From the NCBI GenBank assembly GCA_964019425.1, contig OZ025803.1, positions 310,001 to 374,000 of the forward strand: 64,000 nucleotides of DNA, written 5' to 3'. Shown here piece after piece: positions 22,040 to 34,334 of the stretch. A program made the position numbers and the translations under genes. The stretch is from Flectonema sp. DT1601. Its lineage: Eukaryota. Each line of letters starts with the position of its first letter. Position 1 is the first letter of the stretch. A model generated the notes under the pieces. It was not told the origin of the DNA. It searched no databases and saw only the letters and a list, made by a program, of their open reading frames with translations.

Positions 22040-23006
22040 AGAAATCGATGAGAGGTTCAATCATAACAAACATACTTCTATTTCGGAGAGCCCCCACGAC
22101 TTCACCAATACCCTCATCCATGTTAGTTACCATGCCGGCCATTTTAATTCTCATATCTCTATCAGGGACATCATTAGGTAGCTGTTGTTGGTACGGCGTC
22201 AGGAATCTGTGAGGCACTTGAAGTGGTTTGTGAACCGCTTGCAATGAGAAATATAAAAATAACGGATTCCGCAAGTTGTTAGCGTGATTATTAATAATCC
22301 GAACAGCTTCTCTAGTAAAAAGATTCATTGAATAAGTTGAATTCTCAGTACTACAAATCTGACTGTTGTTGTGAAGGTCGAGGTAAAACGGACCATTCCA
22401 CAAGTCACGCCAATTACTGGAGTGCGTGTAGTGATCTGAAGATCCCGTCAACAGACCAACAAAGGAATCAAATCCTCTACTGGTTGGAGTGTAAGCCTTG
22501 TTGCAGAATCCCAAATGCCATTTACCAACAATGTGAGTTGAGTACGAACTCTTCTTTAAGAGCTGAGATAAGAAGACTTCTTGAATAGGAACTCCGTAAG
22601 GTCTCTCATTTCTGATGTAGTCAGGTCCTGTACCAGTGTGATGGGGATATCGACCCGTCATTAATGCACTTCTTGTTGGAGAGCATAAGGCTTGTACATA
22701 CAACCGGCCCAGTTCAATCCCCTCTTTTACTAACTTGTCCAAAACCGGAGTCTTTATCTCCATGTTTGTTGTTTTCCCACCAAAAGGGTTTGCCATCGTC
22801 TTCTTGTTCTGATGCCATCCAACATCGTTCCATCCTAAGTCATCCGCGACAATAAGAATGATATTTGGTTTTGCTATTACTTTGGGTATGCGTACGGCAC
22901 TCACAATTACTTCAATTCGCTCACTGTTGTTGAATGAGTTTAGATGCACTGCGTAGTAAGTTGAAATAGTTATGACAACTACCAATACAACTGCCTTCCA
23001 TCTCAT
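21269..23006 (-). CDS. Arylsulfatase B-like sulfatase (S1 family); intron 22006-22075
   Basis: PNIILIVADDLGW, formylglycine motif CSPTRSALMTGRY, GKWHLG, SDNGG and GQKRTNWEGG. The intron joins ORFs 22029..23006 and 21269..22060. Confidence 0.9.
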
Positions 23007-23635
23007 ATTGTGTATTGAAAAAGAGGATCTTGTTTTTCTTAATTATGATGAGGTTCATATCATCAACCTGTCACGAGATTTAAATAATCTTTAGAAGATG
23101 GTACACCACTCACAAAACAATCAAGAATAATGTTAAGAAACTTCCCGCAGGTCCATTACTCGCTGAGATAGGAGACGAGCCAAGATATTGTTAGGATCAA
23201 ATTTCATGGGGGGATCGGGTAGGGGTAGGAAGAAAAAAAACGAAAAAAAAAAAATATACCTCAAGAGTGAATTCATTATTTTCTTCTTTCCTTTTTTTTT
23301 TTTTTTTACCTGACCGATACAGATATTAGTGTTCTTTGTTTCTAACATTATTTTTGTTGTAGTTTTTTTCTTTTTTTCTATTCGTCCATATGTACACTAT
23401 AATTTGGCAGTAGGTTTGCTCAACGAGAGTTCAAAGTGCTTAAAAAAAAAAAAACGAATTCAACAGATGGAAAGATAGAAACCACCGCAGGCGGATTTCT
23501 GGGGACACTTTAGCTAAAAAAACAATAGAAAAACTCTACTTTAAAAAAAAAAAAAAAAAAAAAGGCATTTCGTGGTTTACTTCTTTCACTTATACAACAA
23601 CTGAAAACACTAAAAATTAATTAAATTTCATTTCA

Positions 23636-24577
23636 TCACTTGTTCTGTTGTTGCTGCCACTCAACAATACACTTTAGAAACTGGTCAACACCTCCTCTTG
23701 AGAGGTCGGCACTTGCTGGGAGTCCAAAGGCAGTGGAGAGCTCTCTTCTGGCTTCCGGATCTGAGAGCGCCGCTTGAAGGATAGCGATAGTTTGTTTGAA
23801 TTGAGGAGAGCGAATCTCTTCCAAAATATTCGAATCGATACCTTCAGGGTAGTGTTGTGACAGACGGGATTCGAATTCACCAGACTCACCAGATAGCACC
23901 TGGCGAACAGACTCTTGACTAAAGAGGTCCATCAACGATACATCAACAGGAGCAGGTGCCTGCTGCTGAGAGGCTGGTTGAGATGGAGTGGCACCAGGCT
24001 GTCCACCAGGTTGACCACCTCTCATGTTACCCAAAATGTTTCGAAGAGTATTCAAATCAATTGTGCTGGCAGGTGCAGCAGCTGCCTCTCCACCTGTGGC
24101 AGCAGTTGCAGTACTCGCTCCCGTACTACCAAACTGCTCCTGCATTGCTTCAATTACGTCAGCTTCACTATCAGTTTGCCCTCTGGCCGCGGCGAGACAT
24201 CTCGCAGGATCTCTTATGTACAAATTAATTAAATTACAGTATTCGTCATCCTTATCAGTCTTCGGTTCTTGCATCCAATAAAAGAATTCTTTGCTTTGTT
24301 TAAACTTCAGACAATACACCCTTCCGGTGGTACATTTCTCAACTCTGAAGTACTCAGCTTCCCCAGCAAAGACGTACAGCGTTTCCTCAACTTCTCCTGT
24401 GATTCTGTCTTTCCATTGGAAACTGAAGCATCCTTCATCAGCAATAATTTGAACCATTCCTTTTCTGTTATTCGCACGAACAGTAGTTCCCTGTTTTATC
24501 ATCTTCCCCGCCCGGAACGACAGGACCGGCTTTGGTCCCATCTGCTGGGCTCTGAAAAGGCTTGAGAATCCAGACAT
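23636..24577 (-). CDS. ADRM1: Proteasome ubiquitin receptor Rpn13/ADRM1
   Basis: Pru domain (FRAGKM...RKG...FQWKDR...GRVYCLKF...FFYWMQEP) plus C-terminal UCH37-binding region (IRSPQFKQ). Confidence 0.92.
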   Translation of the reverse strand: MSGFSSLFRAQQMGPKPVLSFRAGKMIKQGTTVRANNRKGMVQIIADEGCFSFQWKDRITGEVEETLYVFAGEAEYFRVEKCTTGRVYCLKFKQSKEFFYWMQEPKTDKDDEYCNLINLYIRDPARCLAAARGQTDSEADVIEAMQEQFGSTGASTATAATGGEAAAAPASTIDLNTLRNILGNMRGGQPGGQPGATPSQPASQQQAPAPVDVSLMDLFSQESVRQVLSGESGEFESRLSQHYPEGIDSNILEEIRSPQFKQTIAILQAALSDPEARRELSTAFGLPASADLSRGGVDQFLKCIVEWQQQQNK

Positions 24578-24600
24578 TGTGGTTCAAATCTCTGAGGGGG

Positions 24601-24688
24601 TGAAACTAAAAACAGTAACAACTTTAGGTAATTAAAAACAAAATTAATATCAAGTACTTGACTGAAAAAAATACCAGTTGTTGTTAAT
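24601..24688 (-). mobile_element. ~80-bp U-rich SINE-like insertion (copy 2) flanked by a ~30-bp duplication of the ADRM1 acceptor and start codon
   Basis: Homologous to 346-425. Flanked by 24571-24600 and 24689-24720 (minus strand CCCCCTCAGAGAT(T/C)TGAACCACAAT(AT)GTCTG). Confidence 0.6.
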
Positions 24689-24719
24689 CAGACATATTGT
24701 GGTTCAGATCTCTGAGGGG

Positions 24720-25873
24720 GGAATCCAAGTTCAGTTGTTGAACTACCAACACATTCTAAAACTGTTGCACCAGGTGGACCCAACAATTTTAGTAGAGAGC
24801 GCCACGAACTAATAAGGCAAACGTTTGCAATAGCTCTGCTATAGAGCTGAAAATAAAATATAAAAACTTCTTTCGGGTGGAGACTTCTTTAAACAACGTA
24901 ATTAGAACCTTAGACTATTGGTTGATTGCAGTCTTCCCAGTGCAGGTAACACTAACTTCTGTGAACAGGTGGAGCACACGGAGATGGACACTTACCAGGT
25001 TCCATCCAATACTTTTCGATATTAAACCCATTAACGTACGCTACTCCTTTCCACATTGATGATAAGATAAGAGCATACGAAACCACATTTGGTTCAGTTG
25101 CTGACTACTAACATATCATTCTAAATACTGTCGCACCAGGGTCAACAATTCTAGACGTCAGTAGAGCCACGAACTAACATGGCAAACGTTTGCAATAGCT
25201 CTGTTATAGAGCTGAAAATAAAATATAAGAACCTCCTTCGGGTGGAGACTTCTTCAAACAACGTAATTAAAACTTTAGAACTTTCACTATTTTTAATAAC
25301 AGATATTGAGATGCGATCCGTTGTCTGCGTTGGTTGATTGCAGTCTTCCCAATGCAGGTAACAACTCTTTTCCACATTAATGACAAACGAAATAATTTGG
25401 TTTACAAAGGAATCCAAGTTCAGTTGTTGAACTACCAACACATTCTAAAAACTGTCGCACCAGGTGGACCCAACAATCTTAGACGTCAGTAGAGCCACAA
25501 ACTAATATGGCAAACGTTTGCAATAGCTATGTTAGAAGAACAAGTTTACGGCTGGGTAGTCAAAGCAATAATCTTAACACCGTCAGGATTGAAGTTGACT
25601 CCTTCAGGTGGGGAGGTTTCTTCAAACAACGTAATTAAAACTTTAGAACTTTGACTATCTTTAATAACAGACATTGGGATGTGGTAGGTTGTCTGCGTTG
25701 GTTGATTGCAGTCTTCCCAGTGCAGGTAACACCAACTTCCGTGAACAGGTGGAGCACACGGAGATGGACACTTACCAGGTTCCATCCAATACTTTCCGAT
25801 ATTAAATCCATTAACGTACGCTACTCCTTTCCACATTGATGATAAGATAAGAGCATACGAAACAACATTTGGT
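24720..25873 (-). repeat. Imperfect tandem triplication of the GH35 gene 3' end and downstream flank
   Basis: Units ~24720-25093, ~25094-25408 and ~25409-25873. The first two carry differently deleted copies of the GH35 C-terminal coding sequence (e.g. 24918-25093 resembles 25698-25873). Confidence 0.85.
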
Positions 25874-27663
25874 TTACTCGGCAACTCAATCTCCGATTGG
25901 TACCAACGGAGTGCCTTAGCAACACCGACGTACGGTGTCCAATTTACTAAAGCTGAGCCTGACGAAGTGTAAATCTTATCGTTTTCTCCCCGCAGGGTCC
26001 ACTTTTGAATGTAACTTCCGGTGTAATGCTTTCCATCCAATGATAGAGAGGCCAGTCCCTTATTTGCGACATCCCTGCGGCCATTGTTTAAGACACCCAT
26101 GGCACAGCTAAGAATAGCCACCTTATCATCTGAGGTGTTGAACGGATACAATATCGATCCCTGAAGAGATGTCGTTTTTACATTCGAAGAAGCGTTGCTG
26201 TCGACTGCGATGTACCACAAATAGTCACTGTCATTGTCGGTAAGTGAGAGCTGCTCTGTGGCAGTAGTTGTTGGACCAGTTGAGTTAACACCAAAGGCGA
26301 TCTCTTCTTCAAAGTACTTCCAGTTGCCAACAGCAGTCTCAGAAGTTGCGACATCTTCAACAGTCGGACTGTCGGTACAAACATCAGTTTGATAACTGAT
26401 GACGTCTCCAATGATTATGGCAACAGTGTGGTTTCCAACAAAAAAGCTTTTGCTTCCAGCAGACAGCTGTGATGGGAGTGAAACTGTTTGTGGTTGCAGA
26501 CCGAAGTTACTCAAGAACCTTACCGTTCCGTAGTCGTGATATTCAACTTGGTGTCCAACAGGATTTGATGTTGCAATTGGTGAAGATAGAACTTCTGAAG
26601 AAATTGAATTTATCGTTGTGAAGAGTTTCTTCAAACAGCTGAAACGGGGTTCGTGCTTTACCAATAAATTGGTAATGGCAGCATCTGGCGCGTAGGCCGT
26701 GGTGACCAATCCACCAGCTGCTCTTTCATAATTGTTACCACCCGTTAGCATATAAAAGTTATGCCATGTTCCTCCATAAGCGATGAATCTCATAATACCG
26801 TAGGAAATATCAGTAGTGGCACGCACACGCTTTGCTAATCCCCATTGGTTAAACCAAGCTTGGTCTTCAGTCCAAATAACTGGTTGGCGGTTGTTCAGTA
26901 GCTGCTGGTGGGATATCCAATTAGGAGATGGCTGGTTATTAAGTGCTGTTTGGTTGGCATCCCAGACATCCATCCAAAATCCATTTATCGTACAGAGTGC
27001 CTTTCCTCCAGGAGTTCCCTTGTTTACTTGACTACATTGCTTTAGATCGTGGCAGAGGTTCCAAGGGACTTCAGTTGTGAGATTTCTAGCCATGTCTACT
27101 GACCAGTTTAAATAGTTTAAGTCACCCCCGTTGTACTCATTCTCAATTTGAAGCATAATAATACCACCTTGAGGATATAAGTGAGGCTTTACATAACTAA
27201 CAACTCGCTCGACAACGTCTTTCGTGTTTGATTCCCAGCCGGGGTCACTACAGCGGAAGCATTTTGCTTCCTTAGACATCCAAAGAGGTATGCCTCCGTT
27301 GTAGTATTCCCCGCACACGTATGGTCCAATTCTTAAGGTCATCGTCATATTGTGTGATTCAATAAATGAAATGAACTTTCTAATGTCTCTTCTGCCTTCC
27401 CAAAGCCAATTTCCTTTCTTGTGTTCATGGAAGTTCCACATGACGTATGTCTGAATGGTGTTGAGGCCCATTTCTTTAGCCAATCCAACTACTCGCTGCC
27501 AATCTTCTGGAAATATTCTCGCATAATGAATAGATCCCGACATGATTAGCTTCCTCTCACCGTTAAGTTTAATTGAACGCGAGTCGTAAGTCACCCCACT
27601 GTCAGTTAGACCACTCACAGATATCGCTGCCAAGGAAGCAATGTATATCAGCCAGCGATGCAT
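25546..27663 (-). CDS. Beta-galactosidase, glycoside hydrolase family 35, secreted
   Basis: Signal peptide; SGSIHYAR, GLNTIQTYVMWNFHE, LRIGPYVCGE, QIENEY (acid/base Glu); C-terminal KGVAYVNGFNIGKYW. Confidence 0.93.
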   Translation of the reverse strand: MHRWLIYIASLAAISVSGLTDSGVTYDSRSIKLNGERKLIMSGSIHYARIFPEDWQRVVGLAKEMGLNTIQTYVMWNFHEHKKGNWLWEGRRDIRKFISFIESHNMTMTLRIGPYVCGEYYNGGIPLWMSKEAKCFRCSDPGWESNTKDVVERVVSYVKPHLYPQGGIIMLQIENEYNGGDLNYLNWSVDMARNLTTEVPWNLCHDLKQCSQVNKGTPGGKALCTINGFWMDVWDANQTALNNQPSPNWISHQQLLNNRQPVIWTEDQAWFNQWGLAKRVRATTDISYGIMRFIAYGGTWHNFYMLTGGNNYERAAGGLVTTAYAPDAAITNLLVKHEPRFSCLKKLFTTINSISSEVLSSPIATSNPVGHQVEYHDYGTVRFLSNFGLQPQTVSLPSQLSAGSKSFFVGNHTVAIIIGDVISYQTDVCTDSPTVEDVATSETAVGNWKYFEEEIAFGVNSTGPTTTATEQLSLTDNDSDYLWYIAVDSNASSNVKTTSLQGSILYPFNTSDDKVAILSCAMGVLNNGRRDVANKGLASLSLDGKHYTGSYIQKWTLRGENDKIYTSSGSALVNWTPYVGVAKALRWYQSEIELPSKPNVVSYALILSSMWKGVAYVNGFNIGKYWMEPGKCPSPCAPPVHGSWCYLHWEDCNQPTQTTYHIPMSVIKDSQSSKVLITLFEETSPPEGVNFNPDGVKIIALTTQP

Positions 27664-29221
27664 TTTATAATTAGTTAGACTAAATAATTAATAAAAACTT
27701 GATGACACCAAGACAAAGAATCAACTCTCGGGTGCGTACCTTCGGGTACTCCCTGTTGGTTAGAGTAACAAGAAACCTGGTTGATCCATATGAATATGTT
27801 ATGTTGTGCTGTGCCTGGTAGAAAGTAAATAACCTGCCACACGGCGCTAACTTCTTCTCTGAAGAACCAACGAAATAACTGCAAAAAGAAAGAAAAAAAA
27901 AAAAATGGGGCCGCTGGAATGGGTGTGCGGGCAGCACTGAGGATTATCAAATTTTTATTTCACTTTTTTTTTTTCTTTTCCCCCCTCTCCTCTTCCCTTC
28001 TTCTTCCCTCGTTTTATTTGCTATTCCGGTTTTATTTACCAAGAAACTGGGATGCTTCGTTGCCAACTTATATGTGCTTTAAGCGGGTTGTTCGCTTAGA
28101 GAAATTCCTTAATTCCTTTTTTTCTAAACCTCGAAAATGGAAAAGAGGTACAAACAGCTACCTGCTCCCCTCCTCCATTTTTTCTCTACTTTTTTTATTG
28201 CCTTCTCTAAAAAGGTAAATTGATATGGTCACGAGGAACGTATTCGCTCTCAGCGCATAGTTTCAATAGTGTCGACACTGTCACTATATGTCTGGTGAGA
28301 ATACTGAGACTAAACTGATAATATGACTTACTCGGATGACCAATCACGAATCATGTGATTATTTAATTTATTGGATCTCAGCGCGATGATATCACGAGTA
28401 GTAAGGTGTTGAAAATATTGACAGCGCTCACACTTTTCTTTTTTTTTTTTTTTGTGGGTGGCAAGTTACTCTCTCAAAAAAACAACGACAAGTTTCACTG
28501 ATGCTAGGGGAAAGTGACGAGTCGATTTTGTTTAACTTTTTGGACTGGGAAACCATCTGAAAAGTCAGGTGTGGCTTCCTTCTTTCATGTCTCGAACTGG
28601 ACAGTACAGCAGTGGTACCGTGTTGGGTGTCAAAACAATGATCAATAATACTTACGCGGGGGAAAAGCTAAAAAACGCTGCTTGCTGTGCCAAATGAGGC
28701 AACTAAGGCAATCCAATAACAACCCCATTTAAAGCATGCTGGAAAGACATGTGATCCTTACAATACGATGACGGACATCAGGGAAAAATGAAAATTTAAA
28801 AAAAAAAAAAAAAAGAAAACATTTTCGATTACAGCTGTCGATTTTTTTAAATTTTTTTTTTTTTTCTATTTTATTTTATTTTTGGGGTTTTTTTCTTTAG
28901 CAGATAAACAGATATATTATTGAGAAGCAGTGTTAGTTAGACGTACTTACAATTCACTACGCAATTGGTAATTCACCAACTAAGCAATCATAGGCACTAC
29001 CAACGCACTACTTCCCTCACAGATTACAAAGAAACAGGTTGGGGATAGCAAAAACTGAAAAGAGACACTTAAAAAAATAAAAAAAACTTGGGTACAGGAA
29101 AAGGGAATAGGGTATGAGTAAAACGCATGTTCATTCTGTTCTTTTCTTTCTCCCATTGTATTGTATAATTTGAAAAAAGATACAACAGAGGCGGTGGTTT
29201 CTTTTGTTCTTCCTTTTGAAC

Positions 29222-29252
<31 letters not shown>

Positions 29253-29828
29253 GTTTCCAGTTGGGTAATACCTTCTAAGCGCATTCAGGAGTAGCAGCGG
29301 CTGATCTGTTTCCTCTGCGCAGATGCGCTAAAGGAAAACATCACAAATACTACTCGTTAGAAGAAGTTACCGCGCAACTCCTTTTGTATTCTTTGTAGTT
29401 GATTCCATTTGTGTATTTCCACTCATTCGCAGTCAACACGTTAGCCTCAGTAAGAAAATCAACTTCGTTTCTTATGCACTCCACTATATTTAGTTTTGTG
29501 GTTGCAAAACCCGAGTAGTAAGTATCATGACGGACTTATCGTACATAAGAACAATCCGAAAGAGAAAAGGAAAGAAACTACAGCCCTCTGAGAACACTAT
29601 TTTTTTAATTTATTTCCTGTTGCAAAGCTGCTGCAAGAATACTGCGATGCAGCTTTGCGATTGTAGTTGCGGTTGGCTATCGGCTGACTAATATCCGAGG
29701 TAACCTTGACCTTGTCAGGAGTTAACTCATTCTGTTGTTTTCATCATCTCTCAATTTTTATAACATCGAACCAATACTTGAATTAAAAATAAAAAGAAAG
29801 CCCAGTACTACAACTAGGAATCTAAATC

Positions 29829-31363
29829 TTACGAGCTAGTAGACTTCAGTCTACTAAGCTCTCTTTGAATCATCTCCATCGGGTCCTGTGAAGGCAAACA
29901 CGTTGCCCTTTGTACTTCTATCCACTCTCGGAACCACTGGATTCTGGCTTCAGAACCAGGTTCCATTTCGGCAATATTGGATGGCACACTCCACTCTTGA
30001 AGTTCCTCTTCGATATTAAATAGTGATATCGGACGTAAGTCCACATTCCTGTTTTTTTTTTTTTGTTTGTTTTATTCTTTTTCTGTTCATTTTTTCATTA
30101 CACGATTATGTTAAAGTAAAATTCACATACTCATTTTCCAACTCCCGCAGTATTTCGATACAGTCTTCTCGACTTCTGCTGATCGGTTCCTGTGATACCA
30201 ATCTATGTACCATATGATGAAGATCTTCATTTGAGAGAAGGTTTAGATCGCATCCGTTTTTAGTTGCATTCACTTCTTTGATGATTCTCTTCCTTTCACT
30301 TGTTATTTGGTCGAATCTGAGTTCAACGCAGCTCTCGACTGTCAAATTCGCCTGCTCACACATTCCTTCATACGCCATATAGAACTTTTTGTTGCCGGGT
30401 ATGCTCAGCCTTCCGGCCTCAATTGCGTGCTCAGGTAGCCCCTCGAAAGGAGACTCGCCTCCTAATTGGACAATCATAGCGCTGATGTTATCCTTGCTAC
30501 CTCTATGCATTGCTTCATCACAAACTGCAGCTGCGACTGCTGCGAGATCCTGTTGGTGGTTTCGTTATTGATATTGATAGAAGGAACTCAATTTCAAAAA
30601 AAAAAAATAAAGTAATTCAAACCTTAGTAGTTTCTAACTTTTCGTAGATAAATTCGATAACAGAGGCGTTGGAAAAGACATCACTTTCAAACACACCATC
30701 GCAAGCAAGAAGAACGATATCACCAGCCTCAGCATCGAAATGAGTGAATTCAGGAACAGCGATAACTTTACTAGCGAATGGCTGTCCCCGTCCTTTATAA
30801 GTTCCATCTCCGAAGGCACGACTGACAGCCAACGCACCGTCAACTCGGTTGTTGTGAACATGTCCTCCAGCTGCCTCAATTCTCTTTTTCTCGCCTTCCA
30901 AACAAGGTTTGTGATCCTCCGTTAGCGAGTACTCACTCTGATCTTTTTTTCTTCCCAAAACAACTCGAGAATCTCCTACGTTACCAACTTGTAAATGATA
31001 CCCGTCACCCTGTTTAATTGCGAACAGGAATGTTCCAGTTGAGCCTCCTTCTTTCCCACCTTGAAGGAATTCGTCATCGATTTGTAAAGACAAATCCCGT
31101 AACTTATCATCTGTTATTGGTATTATATTATCAGATATCAGTTGTGGAAACCGATCAGCGACATATTTACTGCAAAGTGGACCGCAATGGCCGTCAAAAA
31201 CCCCAAAGAATCCCCATCCTTCATCATCATTTGGCATCACTGTGTGAGCATCTTCCATCTTCTCTCTGTAACCATTCATAAAACCAACACCAATATGGAA
31301 TAGTTTTGTACTTTTCCTCTCCAATACTTTGGTGGTGACGGGTTTCGAAAGAATTGGTCCCAT
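29829..31363 (-). CDS. Protein phosphatase 2C (PPM), paralogue 1; introns 30550-30622, 30049-30130
   Basis: MGxxLSKP N-terminus, MEDAH, FFGVFDGH, NVGDSR, DHKP, VSRAFGD, ACDGV and SKDN. The introns join three listed ORFs. Confidence 0.9.
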
Positions 31364-32284
31364 TTTATTAGGTTCTGCCGGTCAAATAATAAAACGCCGG
31401 TCCTTTGGAAGGAAAAAAAAAAAAAATTAAAATTAAAATTAGCTCACAAAAAAGTCTTCTCCACAAATAAATTGATACCTCGAATTACCATCTCTCGAAT
31501 GCTTTTAAAAGAGAATAAGGTCTCCAATAAATTACAGACCAACATATTTAAATATAAAAATGATGACTAGCCACAGGTATTTATATTTACGGGCGCGGTG
31601 GGTCACAGCCTCTTCTCTCTTCCCCCCCCTTTTTTTTTCCCCTTCTCCATAAACCTTATTACAAAAAGTAGGGTTGAAACTCCGGTCAACCTTAGTGAAA
31701 CGAAAGAATATACACCGTTTCGTTTAGAATCGCACATATTCGAAGTTAGACGACTGAATGAAGGAACTGACATTCGATGTGTTGGTAGAAGAACCTGCAT
31801 AGACATTGTTACAGCTGAACTTCAATTATCCTTCTTGATTACCACAAAAAGGGGAACAACTTGCTTGGCAAAGACGGGAAAAAAAAGAAAAAAAAAATGA
31901 AACGGAAGAGCTCTCCACTTTTATAATTTCTTTGTTTTAAACTTTACTTAATACGGAACGGGGGAGGGGAGGGGGAAGACAGGAAACAGTCTGACAAATT
32001 TAACATTTCGCTACTAAAACAGATCAAAAGAGCGCAAAACTTCGATACAGCAGCAAAGAAAAGTCCACACATCTTGTGGAGAACAGTAAAACTAAAAATA
32101 AAACAAAAGAAATGCTGAAAGGTAACTGCGAAAAAGCTTCGCAACACAACAATGAAAGTAATTCAAATTATTAATATCTCACTATTAAAGCTCTTGACTG
32201 CACTTGTGGCTGTTTTAAGAAACAACCAGCTGAAGGCTTTTCGTTAATCAGAATATCACTTTGCGTAGTGACGTCTTAACGAAA

Positions 32285-33876
32285 TCAGACCTTCCCTCTC
32301 ATGTTCATCAGCTGAAGGGCTAACTTCGCATAGTTGGAATCGTGTTTTTCTATCCCGTCAATCCAATTCCTAAACCAGTTTGTTCTGTCATCTGATCCTC
32401 GTTCCATTGCTGCAATCTCTGCAGGAACACTCATATGCCGCTGTTCAGCTTCCAGTTGTTGTACGAGTGGTGGACGAATATCCCTGTTTTGATATTTGTT
32501 ATTTGCTGCTCAATTCGAGATTACTTCCTTTTCCCTCCAAATTAAAAGTTCAACATGGATAACTAATAAAATATAATACAACATACACATCCTTCAATCT
32601 CATCAGTTCTGATATCTTCTCCTCTCGAGAGATGTCTGCTCTGATGTTGTTCGCCTGTTCGGTTGTTTGTTGTGTTCAGTTCCGTATTACGTTCTGACAG
32701 TAAGCTATCTGAAGAATATAATAATTACACACCTTCGCAACATGAAGAAGGTCAATTTCTGAGAGAAGGTGAAGGTCGCAGCTCCTGTCATCACAATTAG
32801 TTTCTTCACATTTTTCTTTCAGTTTTTCAGCGACCTGATCGAAGCGCATTTCAAGACATCTACCAAGAGATAATCCTGCTTGGTCACACATCATTTCATA
32901 TGCTGCTACGAATTTTGCATTGCCCGGCATTGCCATCGGACCTGCGCGCACTTCATGTTCGGGGCGACCAGTTGGTTGTAAGTCAACTCCTAATTGGACG
33001 ATCATGGCACTGATGTTGTCCTTACTTCCTCTCTGCATTGCTTCATCACAGATGGCGGCAGAAATGTGGGCGAGGTCCTGTGAGTGATTGTTTTTATTGA
33101 AGTGTGATTTCAAAATGAGAAATAACCACAACAGGGTGACATCATACCGTACAAGTGTCGAGCTGTTTAAAAATAAATTCTACAACAGAGGAGTTCGTGA
33201 AGGCGTCATTCTCGAACACACCGTCGCATGCGAGGAGTATAAAATCTCCGACCTCGGCATCGAAATGCATGAACTCGGGAACAGCGATAACTTTGCTATC
33301 GTACTGACCGAGTTGTTTGTAGTTTCCGTCACCAAAGGCGCGGCTGACCGCGAGACCACCGTCCACACGATTGTTCTGGACGTGTCCTCCAGCAGCTATA
33401 ATACGCTGCCGCTCTTCTACATTAATTGGTTTGTGATCTTCAGTAAGCGAGTGTTCACTCCGATCGCGTTTCCTTCCCAACATAATTCGAGAGTCTCCTA
33501 CGTTAGCAACTTGTAGATGGAACTTATCTCCAGATCTGCTCACAAATACGTATGTTCCAGTTGAGCCTCCCTCTGTTTCACTTTCTAAAAACTCTTTGTC
33601 TATTTTTAAAGATAAATCTCGTAACGCATCGTCAGGTATGGGATTCTCTATCAATTCTTCGAATCGAGCTGCGACATATTTACTGCAAAGTGGACCGCAA
33701 TGGCCGTCAAAAACCCCAAAGAATCCCCATCCTTCATCATCATTTGGCATCACTGTGTGAGCATCTTCCATCTTCTCTCTGTAACCATTCATAAAACCAA
33801 CACCGATATGGAATAATTTAGTCTCCTTGCGCTCCAAGACCTTCGTCGTTACGGGTTTCGGTAATATTGGCCCCAT
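32285..33876 (-). CDS. Protein phosphatase 2C (PPM), paralogue 2; introns 33078-33147, 32655-32732, 32484-32586
   Basis: Same PP2C motifs. The last exon VDIRPPLVQQLE...NWFRNWID aligns with paralogue 1 VDLRPISLFNIE...QWFREWIE. Stop TGA at 32285-32287. Confidence 0.88.
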
Positions 33877-34334
33877 TTTTTTTTCTTTTATTTGTCTTTC
33901 CTCACTTTCTTTTTTTTTCTCCTTATATTATTAGTAGCTCAATAACGTACTGTTGTGCGAAATTGTGAAATTAGCCAGCCAGATACGTAGCACTAAATAT
34001 GAGGATCTGAAAGGGGAACATGAGAACGATAACAAAAAAAAACTAATAAAACGAAACCATTCTTTTTTTAAACAAACTGTGAGCGTATTGCTCTTGTTGT
34101 CCGATACAAGTCCATTCTGTCATTGAAATAAAAATAAAGAAATAATTCATCAGAATTCCAAGTTCCATACTAATCCACCAGCTAGCTTTGGTGGATAAAT
34201 TCAAACTAACACACGGGATTGAGTGAAGCGAAGGCAACATTGTCTTGTTAGAAACACAAGCCTCCAGGAGTCCGCTTTTTTATCAGCGATATCTCTCTTT
34301 TGCAGAACAGGACGTGAGAACACCATCTCGTATC

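Noticed and set aside
276..29199. Motif AAACCACCGC at ~278, ~23479 and reversed at ~29190
   Set aside because: Only 10-13 nt, with inconsistent orientation and context.
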